A stretch of 64,000 bases of DNA from Felis catus (Eukaryota): positions 19,222,001 through 19,286,000 of the forward strand of contig NC_058368.1 of the NCBI RefSeq assembly GCF_018350175.1, written 5' to 3'. The stretch's first letter is position 1. Each line of letters opens with the position of its first letter. A model generated the notes under the pieces. It was not told the DNA's origin. It saw only the letters and a list, made by a program, of their open reading frames with translations, and ran no database searches. A program made the position numbers and the translations under genes. This document shows, in pieces, positions 24,925 to 34,699 of the stretch.

Positions 24925-25590
24925 TCACACGTACGGCCGTCTTCCATTTTGAGTCTCCTGGGTTAAGGATGGCAAAATTAATGGGGTTACAGGATCCTGA
25001 CTGGCAGTTTGACTCAGCCACACACTTCTGGAGGGCTGTTTTGTCTTCAGTCTGCCAGGTGGCCCAGGTGACACAGCTTCCATAAGGACAGAAAGACTGA
25101 GGTGGATGGGGTCAGTGACCACATAAACCAGACTCCTCGCACATGTGCTCATCATTGTGCTGGTAATCTCGATCCCATGCCAGACCTCCACGTGGCACAC
25201 CACATGGCAATATGTCACCTAGGCTGTGCATGCGTCAAAGCATATAGACACCGGCTGGCTTGGATTGGGAATTTGAGCTTTGTTAATTAGTCGGCCCACA
25301 CTGGTGGTGCCTGTCTTGGGGTGACTCCAGACCTCTAGCCATTCCTCCTTTGAGGAGCACTGTGGGTCAAAACAACTGTATTGACTCTCCCGTTGGTAGA
25401 TAGAATAGGTGGTCTTATCGCGTATGCAGGTCCCCAGGATCTTTCCCTGGCATGAGAAGTGGGTATGGTATAGTAAGGTCCAAGTGACTCTTTGGCCTGA
25501 CCTGGTGATGCAAATATGTGGGTCACATGATGAGGAATCTAGGTCTACAGAAGGGGTCCAGATTAGAAGCAACAGTACCAACGAAGCATC
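24925..25590 (-). pseudogene. env: Truncated env SU N-terminus, ERV3/HERV-E-like
   Basis: TLLYHTHFSCQGKILGTCIRDKTTYS...CFDP...VSICFDAC, then after a frame break FCPYGSCVTWATW...GSCNPINFAILNPGDSKWK; resembles ERV3 TLLYHTYYECAGTCLGTC and HERV-E-type SCVIWATW / CNPL motifs. Confidence 0.85.
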
Positions 25591-25899
25591 CTATTCACAA
25601 AAGGAAGGTGAGTGCTAATAGAGACCTCTCACCACACTCCCAGCTGGTCTGGGTGGCTTCTGCCAATCCTATGGTGAAAAGTGGAGCAAGGATCACAATA
25701 ACAGTGAGACACAAGGGGTGACAGCGCATCACAGTAAGGAAACATATAGAAGATAAGGACAGTCTATTTGTTCCACCAGACTGTGGACTCCTCAAGCTTC
25801 TGCCATGCGTGGTCAGCTTCCAGAGTGACTAAAGCAGGGCTGCAGTCTCCCGGAGCCCCTGGAGTTGCAGATTGCTTCTTTCGTATGGTCAGCTTGCGT

Positions 25900-26245
25900 G
25901 GCGTTGATGAATCAGGAACGCACCTCCGCTACCTTTACTGTAGTAAGGCTGGACAAGGGGACAATGAATGGGTCTCTCCAGAGGGGCTTTAGGGGTTGGA
26001 CATTCCATTCCTTTACCCACACAGCATCTCCTGGTTTAAAGGGGTGAGCGTCTGTGGTCAGACACAGGTAATCGCTCCCTAACCCAGTGGTGTAAGGTGG
26101 TTAAGGTGAAGACAAGGGCCCGCATCTGTTGCCTCAGGGTTAGATTGCCTATCTCCTTTAGATACCACCCCCTTATGCCCTTGATAATGGGGGGGGCACC
26201 CATAAAGGATTTTATAAGTGGAGAACCCCATCTGCTTCTTCAGCC
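25900..26245 (-). pseudogene. pol: Integrase C-terminal remnant (HERV-E/ERV3-like)
   Basis: GFSTYKILYGCPP...LKEIGNLTLRQQM...WVRERLP...HPFKPGDAVWVKEWNVQPLKPLWRDPF...TTVKV, with frameshifts. Confidence 0.85.
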
Positions 26246-26459
26246 TTTCACTTGCAGCTATAGTCTGCCTCCTGAAGGTCACTTATCTCTCCCTGCCTAA
26301 TGTTAACCCTTCCTCTATTCATTCCTCCCCCTGGAATAGGGCCCCGAACTGCCTTTAGGGAACAGGGATGATGACCATTCTGGCTTCTTCAAGCTGATAA
26401 GGGACTGTGTCAGGGTACAGCAGTTAGAGCCTACCAAGGGTCCGTCAAGTGGCCCATCG

Positions 26460-26930
26460 TAGGGCTCTGCAGAAAGGCTGACAGGCACGAGGCGGCACAA
26501 ACATTGGCGGACACAAAGAGAAAAACACAAAGTAAAGATTATACTGACCAACAAGACGGCATCTTAAGATACTGTCCCCAGTTCCCAAATCAGTCAAAGA
26601 ATCCAGGAGAGACCCTGACTTTGACCAATTATGGCCACATGTCATCTATCAGTTCTAAGACTATGTGAGAATTATCAGTTATATTGAAACAACACATGTC
26701 AGGGAATCTCTCATAACCCAGGTGATGGAGAAGCAGTAATTAACGGTGGCTCTATTCTCCAAGAGTGGGGCCCTAACTTGATTTAATTTTTTTTTATTTA
26801 AAGCATCTAAAGCTTGTGAGGTGTTATTTAGAGTTTGGCTGAGTATAAGCAGATGGTTTGCTTTATTTCGAGGTATAAGACTTTTTCAAGAGCTGGGGGT
26901 CCTACCAGAGAAAGAGTCAAGGTAGCCATT
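26460..26930 (-). pseudogene. env: env TM remnant (fusion region, heptad, ISD-like segment, CX6CC, membrane anchor), ASLV-gp37-like
   Basis: SLVGPPALEKVLYLEIKQTICL / TLNNTSQALDALNKKKLNQVRAPLLENRATVNY / LLLHHLGYERFPDMCCFNITDNSH...FFD*FGNWGQYLK / LVSIIFTLCFSLC across several frameshifts. Confidence 0.85.
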
Positions 26931-26949
26931 TACCATTACTAATTCACAA

Positions 26950-27400
26950 ACATTTAGGTAAGCTGAACCCAGGTATTATTTCATAAGGCAGAGCTTTTAT
27001 TACCTCTTGTGCCTTTTCACTTTTTTTGTTTTGTTTTGTTTTTTAGAGGACGGCCTCTACCCAATTAGTAAAAGTATCAACCCATCCCAACAGATGTTGG
27101 CATTCCTTCGACCTTGGCATATGAGTGAAACCTAATTGTCAGTCTTCCCTAGGCCTCCAGTTCCTTGATGGCCTGGGAGAGCCAGTTTGTAGTCGAGAGG
27201 ATCGTTTCTAAGGCATACTTCACAGGCTGATACTACTTGCTGAACTGTCCTTGACAAATTTTTCCCAGTAAACATCCTTTGGGCCATTTGATAAGTTTTA
27301 TTCCTCCCTAAATGAAAGGCCTGATGCAGTGCTTTAATGATCTTTTAGCTCTGTGAGCTCATTAAGAGTTATTGCCCCTGCTCTCTTTGTAACCATCCCG
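26950..27400 (-). pseudogene. pol: Integrase N-terminal remnant (HHCC and first core Asp region), HERV-W/ERV9-like
   Basis: HQAFHLG...QMAQRMFTGKNLSRTVQQVVSACEVCLRNDP; FTHMPRSKECQHLLGWVDTFTNWVEA; SEKAQEVIKALPYEIIPGFSLP. Confidence 0.9.
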
Positions 27401-27489
27401 AGGGCTAGAGACAGGGTCCATGAGTCAGACCCCAGTTTGTTTCCTTGGGAGAGTAGGTGGGATTGAGTCCCCTTTAAAAATTGATACAG

Positions 27490-27830
27490 CAGGCAAGCTA
27501 TTTTCTGAACTCAGGATCCACAGCCTACCAAATCCAGTAATTCCCAGAAACTCACACAATTGTTGATCGGTCCTGGAATTAGCAGCACTACAGTCTCTGA
27601 TTTTGTTATAATGTCCCTTCCTAGTAACGCTCTCTGGTAGTATCAAGAAAGAAGCAGAAAAAATTAGTTTTCCCCGTATGCATCCCAGGGGCTGAAAGAA
27701 AAATTTGGTTAAAAGTTTTCCGGAGATGCCTCTGATCATTATCCTACATTTGGATAGTTGCCCCGGAGTGGAAAGGAGGGCAGAAAAGGTGGCTCCGGTA
27801 TCTAGAAAGAAATGAACCAGGCTTTTAGTC
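27490..27830 (-). pseudogene. pro: Retroviral protease remnant fused to an RT thumb fragment
   Basis: FFLDTGATFSALLSTPGQLS (DTG at 27794-27802)...FSASFLILPES, then QLCEFLGITGFGRLWI in the same frame. Confidence 0.9.
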
Positions 27831-27949
27831 ACCTGAGTTTTCCAGAGTTCCCCCAGGCTCCGAGGCTCCCCAGGCTTCCAAAAGACTGTTGGTTCCCAGG
27901 AGCCATAGGTCCTTTTCAGGGACACTGGTTATCTGAGCCCTTACAGAGA

Positions 27950-28630
27950 GAGGTCCCTGAGGGCATTTAGACTTCCAGTGACTGTCTCCAGATAAGGGGT
28001 ATGGCTAGGAGGGCTTTGACTTCTGTGGTCCCTTCAGAGGGCAGCCTCAATTTCCAGTGCCCTGACTGGCCACGTAAGAGGAGTCTGGTCCCAGACCTCG
28101 GGAAGTCTGGTCTTAATGCATAATGCATAAGGCCACAATTAAGGTCTCATATTTTTCTTAAGCCCTTTTCCTGTTTTTTGTTGTTGTTGTTGTTGTTGTT
28201 TGTTTGTTTGTTTTGATCTCAGTTGCAATAACCCACTTGTAAAAGCTCCTCCATGGTCCCTTCAAGGCCAACAGCCAATTTTTGCATTTTCTCTATCTAG
28301 GGTTGATTGAGTGACAAATTTGTCCTTTAAAATCATCTCAGCCTTAAGGGTGTCAGGGGAATAGCCATATATTTAATGAGAGCCTCCCTCAACCTCTCCA
28401 GGAAGGCCATTGGGCTCTCATTCTGTGTAAAATAGTGGCTAATTTAGCATAATTTAAGGGCTTAACCTTAGACCTCCTTAATTTCTCTACAGCACAAGTT
28501 TGGAAGTGGTAGCAATACCATTTCTTAATGGGACGGACATAGTCCCAGTTAGAATCTTGGGATGGAACTACCTGGGCCCTGGTGGAAAACTCCAAGTTCC
28601 CTATAGTACCTCCAGTCCCATGATGATTAA
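27950..28630 (-). pseudogene. gag: gag CA C-terminus and NC remnant (HERV-W/ERV9-like, two degenerate zinc knuckles)
   Basis: QVVPSQDSNWD...HFQTCAVEKLRRSKVKPLNYAKLATI, FLERLREALIKY, ILKDKFVTQS, GQSGHWK and GDSHWKSKCP. Confidence 0.88.
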
Positions 28631-29605
28631 TGAGTTGTTTTTTTATTGTTTGTTTGTGTTTGCTTGTTTTTGTTTTCTTGGAGTTTATGTATCAAAATCA
28701 TCCCAATTTTTCAGAATGCATCCCAAAGGAGTATTGGCCTTGGTTGGGGAATTGCCCATCTATAGGAAAAAGGAGGAAGAGGCATCCCTTAATTTTCATA
28801 GTTGGCCAGGAGAAGCCTCATCTCCTAGCCCTGCGTTTTGGCTGGCTATTCGACTGGCAGCCAAAAGCTTTGTCAGTCTCACGAGGTGCTGGGAGCAGTC
28901 GCTCTTATCCAGGCTTGACCCTACCTCCGAGAATTGACCTCGGCTTTCTCCTATCCCTTTGTTTTCTGCCTGCGGGAATTTGGGGATATCGACTGTGGCC
29001 AAGCAAGACTTCCCTGGTTGTAGAGGACGCACTAATTTTATTTGGCCCAACAGTAATCCTCTTTACAAATACATTTTAAAAGGCTGGGGAAAACCATTTT
29101 TGTAAGGATAAAATTGGTCATCAAGGGGGCTAAAAGGGCCAAAGTCGAGGTCTATTTCCTTGCCTTTTTCAGCAGTGCCCACATAAATATGTTCTAGCCA
29201 CATGGATATCCACTTTAGAGTATCTAGGGTTACAAATTGGCACACCCTGGGCTAAATGTAGCAAAATGGCTCCTATGTATTCCAGTAAAAGCCCTTTATA
29301 TATTATAGTCATCTATCTCTTATAAGGCACAGGCATCCCTTTCTTTGCTAGACAGAAACAACACAAATGTGGAGCATTTGGAGGCTGGCAGCAAGGACGT
29401 CGTCACCTTCTCCCCAGCCTTTGGATCAAAGGAGGGGCAATTTCAATCAAGCCTTGAATAAAACAACTCAAAAGGGCATGCTGTCCTGCCCTTCTGGTTA
29501 AAAATCATATTTTTTTCCATCTTTTTGGGCAGACAAAAAGGGAAAACTTTGTTTACCTCTTTTTTTATTAAAAGCATACCAACCATCTAAGAAAACTTTG
29601 CCTTT

Positions 29606-29832
29606 GGGGCGCCTGGGTGGCGCAGTCGGTTAAGCGTCCGACTTCAGCCAGGTCACGATCTCGCGGTCCGTGAGTTCGAGCCCCGCGTCAGGCTCTGGGC
29701 TGATGGCTCGGAGCCTGGAGCCTGTTTCCGATTCTGTGTCTCCCTCTCTCTCTGCCCCTCCCCCGTTCATGCTCTGTCTCTCTCCGTCCCAAAAATAAAT
29801 AAAAACGTTGAAAAAAATTAAAAAAAAAAAAA
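29606..29832 (+). mobile_element. Young SINEC_Fc inside the provirus
   Basis: Near-TSD aagaaaactttgccttt / aagaaaactgccttt. Confidence 0.96.
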
Positions 29833-30515
29833 GAAAACTGCCTTTTTAACAAAGAGTAAAGCAGAATTTTCATCTTATACCAGCGTACTTTTAAAACCCA
29901 TTTATTTTAACCTTAGTCCATTCTGACCACATATAAAATTTCTTTCCAAAGAATTCCCTTCACAAACCTTCTACAACTCTTCTTTGCTTTCAGATTTTGA
30001 CCTAAGCCCTTTTTCTCCAAACAACCAGTCTCATTTAGGACAATATTACTTTCTTTTACCTTCAACAAAAAATGTGTTCCCATTTCTTATACCTTTCTTA
30101 CATATCTCCTACTTTTCTACATACGGAGTTACTTTTCTTATTTTTCTCAGTCTTAATTACATTTAGCAGAATTTTAACTCTTAGAAACCTTAGTCTCCAG
30201 TGAAAAGTAAGTAGTAACCAGTTGTGAACTGTTACATCAGCATTTTTTTTTTTTTTTTTTGGCCATAAGCTTTAGCATTCCATTCGATTTGGAAAAGGCC
30301 TAAATGTCCAATGGATTTAATTTAGTTTATTATATAAGCAAACCTTTAAGGCTTTAGGTTACCAAAGACCCTGAAAGTTATCTTAATAATTACCCATGAA
30401 AACTTTGAGCCAGACAAAATGAACCATCAATTTAAGCCATGGTTTTTTTGGGTTGACAAATTGTAACAGAGGTACCTTGTTTCACCTGTGTTTACTTAAA
30501 AGTCCACCATTGAAT

Positions 30516-30742
30516 GGGGCGCCTGGGTGGCGCAGTCGGTTAGGCGTCCGACTTCAGCCAGGTCACGATCCCACGGTCCGTGAGTTCGAGCCCCGCGTCG
30601 GGCTCTGGGCTGACGGCTCGGAGCCTGGAGCCTGCTTCCGATTCTGTGTCTCCCTCTCTCTCTGCCCCTCCCCCATTCATGCTGTGTCTCTCTCTGTCTC
30701 AAAAATAAATAAACGTTAAAAAAAAAATTAAAAAAAAAAAAA
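30516..30742 (+). mobile_element. Young SINEC_Fc inside the provirus
   Basis: TSD aaaagtccaccattg. Confidence 0.96.
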
Positions 30743-31344
30743 GTCCACCATTGTCAACTTATACTTAGGGTACCAGTGAGGAAATGTGAGGTGGGTGGTG
30801 TAAGTCTAAGGGGATGTTCTTTGCTCTCTGACAGCAAGGGAGGGAGGCACCCAGATGGTCTAGGAGCCAGATATGGAAGCTGCGCCCAAGGCGGCGCAGA
30901 AACAGGATGGGGAGAGGAAGGCGGAGGAGGTAGGTGCCACCAAGAGGCCTGGAGGCAGATGAAAGGCCAGAGGGCAGAGAAAGAGGTCTCCTGGTCCTAA
31001 AGCCTGTCAGCTCACACAGAAAAGCGGATGCAGATTTTTTCCACCGCCAAGGGGAATTAGGCAGTCCACACAGATCTAGAGAAGACAGGGAATTTCCCCC
31101 AAACCAAAGGAGTCTTGGCAGCTGCTTGGGAATATTCCTTAATGTCTCCATCCTGAGGTAGACTAACGAGAGTCAGTTGGCTCTCATTATCGTAGTCATT
31201 GACCCAGGAAATGAGTGAGGGAGAAGCCCCCACCTACGGTTAGAGTTACGGGAATGTATGAGGGGAAACAGTGAGAGAGAGTGTCGGTCTCCTTTGTTAG
31301 GGATGGCCTGTGTTTTGTTTTGTTTTGTTTTTTTAGCAACCTGG

Positions 31345-31795
31345 GTTAGGTGTTGGAACACTTCTATATATTGATAAGGGTTGTCTGAAAATTTGCCCAG
31401 GTGCTTTTTATTTGCTTAGAATCTTGCAAGGGAAATGGAACCTTTATGGGGCCAAATCCACCATAACGCATTGTAGTCAATAGATGCATTGAACAACATG
31501 CCTTGATTTTAGGGGGAGAATTTTTTATCCCTGGCAATCCTGGATAAGGAGGTCATGAGGGTCTAACAAGTGGCTTTTCCTGAGGAGAGGCCTCAGGGGG
31601 TGAGTCTGCGAGTACTTGCCTTTCTTGGCCCCTTTAAGGCAAAGAAGACGTGCAACATAAGGAACTTCTGACCATTTACCCTCTCTTCTACAATATGGAT
31701 CTAACTGTAACGTAGCACTACACTGAATACTTCCCTCGGGAGGCCAGGACTCTCCATCCTCCAGGAGATACTTCAGGCGCGTCTTAGCATTGGCA
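31345..31795 (-). pseudogene. gag: gag MA and CA N-terminus remnant (HERV-W/ERV9-like)
   Basis: EDGESWPPEGSI...LQLD...KWSEVPYV; FPLQDSKQIK / LGKFSDNPYQYIEVFQHLTQ. Confidence 0.88.
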
Positions 31796-32322
31796 GGTTC
31801 AGTATCAAGCCCTGACCCGGGTCAGACACCCGAGGAAGGTCTGACACCGCCTTAAGCCATATGAGGTCGCCAGGGAACCGCACATCAGCACTCAACACCA
31901 GCTTTGGCCCCTTGATCAGGCTGGAAACTTTCTGCTCTCCTTCTCATTCACACACAGTCACACAGCAACTCCAACCCATCGCCGAACGCCCGGCGCCTTA
32001 GAGTTGTGGTTTTGTTCCTTATGCCTTATGGGACTACTCAGGCAACTCTGGGAGGTGATCAGGCCCCCCCCCCTTCTGCCTCTTAGGGGCAGGTCTACCA
32101 AAAGGGACCCGGGGTCCTACCAGTCTGACATGTGGCGCTCCCTGAGCTGGTTGCTGGGCCTCACCGGTTCCATTGTGCGTCCCAGGTCCCTGCCCTGGCA
32201 CACCCGGAGGGGCTAGTCTTCTACAGATCAAGCCGTCCGCTGGCACCAGGAAAGGTGGCTTCTCCCGGCGCTCTGAGGTTCGCACCCCAGTGACAAAGGA
32301 GGAGGAAACGCACCGTCTCCGA

Positions 32323-32342
32323 ATCCTGGACGCAGGACCCCA
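32323..32342 (-). promoter_or_regulatory. Primer-binding site, degenerate tRNA-Pro type
   Basis: TGGGGTCCTGCGTCCAGGAT, 5 nt from the LTR; canonical Pro PBS is TGGGGGCTCGTCCGGGAT. Confidence 0.75.
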
Positions 32343-32347
32343 AGAAA

Positions 32348-32670
32348 TGTAGCAGGGTGCTTACACAGACGGGACACTGAGGCTCTTCCTTCCAGGAAAC
32401 AGCTTTATCCGTGCCAGCAGGGGCTCAGCCAGCTAAGACCCCAAAAAGGCTGAGCCCCGAGTGCAGCGGGGTGCAGCCTTTTATGCAATTGCTACTTCTT
32501 TGTCTCCTGTTTCTGGTGACATATATAGTCTGAGTGGACACAGTCCAAGTGACAGAGTCGTGTCAGGGTTATGCTTACGTGTATAGGAGTTGACTGGGCC
32601 ACGTGGCAGGTTGCCTTCCTTTGTTCTGAGAAAGCCTCCATCACGTTCCTTAGGAAGGGGCTCTACCACA
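32348..32670 (-). repeat. 5' LTR (323 bp)
   Basis: By manual alignment about 28 substitutions and one 4-bp indel versus the 3' LTR. Confidence 0.95.
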
Positions 32671-33179
32671 GAATGAGGTTTACATTAGTTCTTTGTTAAA
32701 CTACTATTACTAAATTCTATATGCAATACACAGAATTATTCAGTACCCAGGGTTACGTCCCACTGGTTGTAAACACTCAAGAAATTAAGCCCCGCCGGTT
32801 TTCAAAGCCAAATCTTATGGAGACTCATCTTCGCAGTGCAGCCCCCCCTGTGTCTGGGGTACCCCCTGTGGGGTCCCCTCCTCTCCCTTCTCGTCGCTTG
32901 TGGGGGGCCCCTCCTGTTTGTGGTTAGTCTTGCCAGGAGTTTTGTTCCCCACTGAATCTCCTCCCCACCTACCCTTTTCAACGTGGCCTCCTCTCTACAA
33001 AGAACTGTGGAAAGTCTGTTCCACCAGTCTTCGGGTTGCTTTCAGAGTTAGCGGCTCCGATGTGGCTGTTCTCTCCTTGTGTCGGTGGGACAAGGTGAGC
33101 TCAGGATCCTTCTGTTAGGTAGAAGCTAGATATGAGCAGTGGAAGGAACGACAGGAGGCAGAGTCCCAAATTTTTGAAG

Positions 33180-33700
33180 GGGAATGACAGACCTGAGCTG
33201 GTAGACCTAGCAAGGATGGTAAGAAATAAGCTACACGTGAGAAGCCTGGGGCACGATAGCCTGACCTTGGGGCTGAAAGTTCAAGCGCCACAGGTGTGGA
33301 GCATGCGCTCTCCTCTTCCACCGCTGCCCCAGGGTAACCCCTACACTCATTATAATACATTTGCATAGCGGGACAGCCCTGCCCGCTGACGCTGACGAAA
33401 GTCTGCTCTGCTAGTTCTGGTACTATCTCCTAGGGTCAAAAGCTCCCCCCCTCCCAACCTGTGGGAGGAGTCCCCCATAGGTTTGGAATCAGCCTCCATT
33501 AGAGACCACCCAGCTATGCGTCACAGCTCCTCCCAGCCCAGAGACTTGCAACAAATATCCAATCCCAAAACAACCTAGGGCCGGTTCCACCTTGAGGAAC
33601 CTGTCTGCTCTCCCGCCTTGAGAGTGTATTTTCACTTTAATACATTTTTGCTTGCTACTTTCCTTCTGCCCCTCTTTATTCGAGCACGGATCCTCATGGA
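33180..33700 (+). mobile_element. Probable ERV1-type solo LTR, unrelated to the proviral LTRs
   Basis: ctcattataatac and cttgagagtgtattttcactttaataca (R-region/polyA-like) motifs; ends uncertain. Confidence 0.55.
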
Positions 33701-34699
33701 AATCTTCTCATGGGGATTCCAAGGGCCAAAATCTCCACTCATACAGCACAGACTCTCCCACCAGTAACACTCCTAACTCCATCCTCCCAGAAGTCCCCAA
33801 GATGTGCATTCAGGATTGGCCTTCCTCCCCCTGCACCATCTAACAACGAGCTAACACCACATATCTTGCAGCTGCCGTCAATAAGGCCCTATTCAGCGAT
33901 GTGGCTAGCACCTCCTAGGAGCTCACGGAAGCTCTACCCAGTGGAGTAACAACATTCGTTCAAGGAGTGCCTACCCTGCGCGTTACCAAACATCACAAGG
34001 GCAGCTAGGCAGGTTTTTCTCTTTTTCAGCCCCTATTTTACTAAAAGGGTTTGGATTTAGCAAATCATGCCATCACTTTCCTTTCTTATTTCTTTAGATA
34101 CACTGCTGCCTTCCCATTTAGCAGAAGCACAACATTTTTTCCTTGTTATTTACAATCACAGCAGATCTGTGTCTAATCTTGCCATTTCCAAGTCTGCTCT
34201 CTAAAGTTGTTCTGAACTCTGTTCAAGTGGCCTCGGCCAGTGTATACGAAGGCCCAGATACCCTGTTCCGCCCTAGGCAGAGGATTATAAGGCTTTTCTT
34301 CCTTATGGAGTTTGCAATCTAAAATGACCACCTGTGACTCGGGTAGACATACAACAGATAAGAGAATTGTAATTGCGACACAAACACATGAAATACACGG
34401 AACTGAATTTGGAATGGTAAATTGGTTGTCACAACAGAGCTGTGACTGTTACTTTAGTTCCACTTACATTTTTTGTTCGAACTCCTTGTTCCTTTCCTCA
34501 TTTTGGAGGTGAGGCAACTGAAGCCTACCCAGTTAAATGCTCTGCAAAGTCCACACAGAGCCAAGAGAGAACTCAGGGTCTTGACTGATAGGCTGTTCTC
34601 TGCAGTGCGCATGGATGGCTTCCTTCTTTCTTCATATAATAACAACTGCCTAACTCTGGGCCATCCAGAGAGTGTTTTAGGAATCTATGTTAAGCGTGA

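Larger units (their letters stand above)
28630..31345 (-). other. Non-gag ERV-internal-like segment (possibly MER4-group type) replacing part of gag
   Basis: No gag similarity; AT-rich core and leader-like GC part; bounded by T-rich simple repeats on the + strand; family assignment is a pattern impression only. Confidence 0.45.
24516..32670 (-). mobile_element. Defective mosaic class I (gamma-like) endogenous provirus
   Basis: Two LTRs with TG...CA termini, PBS, PPT, gag/pro/pol/env remnants; flanks AAAT (24512-24515) and GAAT (32671-32674) fit a 4-bp TSD with one mismatch. Confidence 0.95.

Noticed and set aside
24925..26930. Domesticated syncytin-like env gene
   Set aside because: Both env pieces have frameshifts and stops, are in the wrong order and are separated by integrase sequence.
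24516..32670. Endogenous FeLV, RD-114 or ERV-DC
   Set aside because: Short LTRs about 9% diverged, two-knuckle HERV-W-like Gag and heavy decay do not fit these young MLV-like feline ERVs as I recall them.
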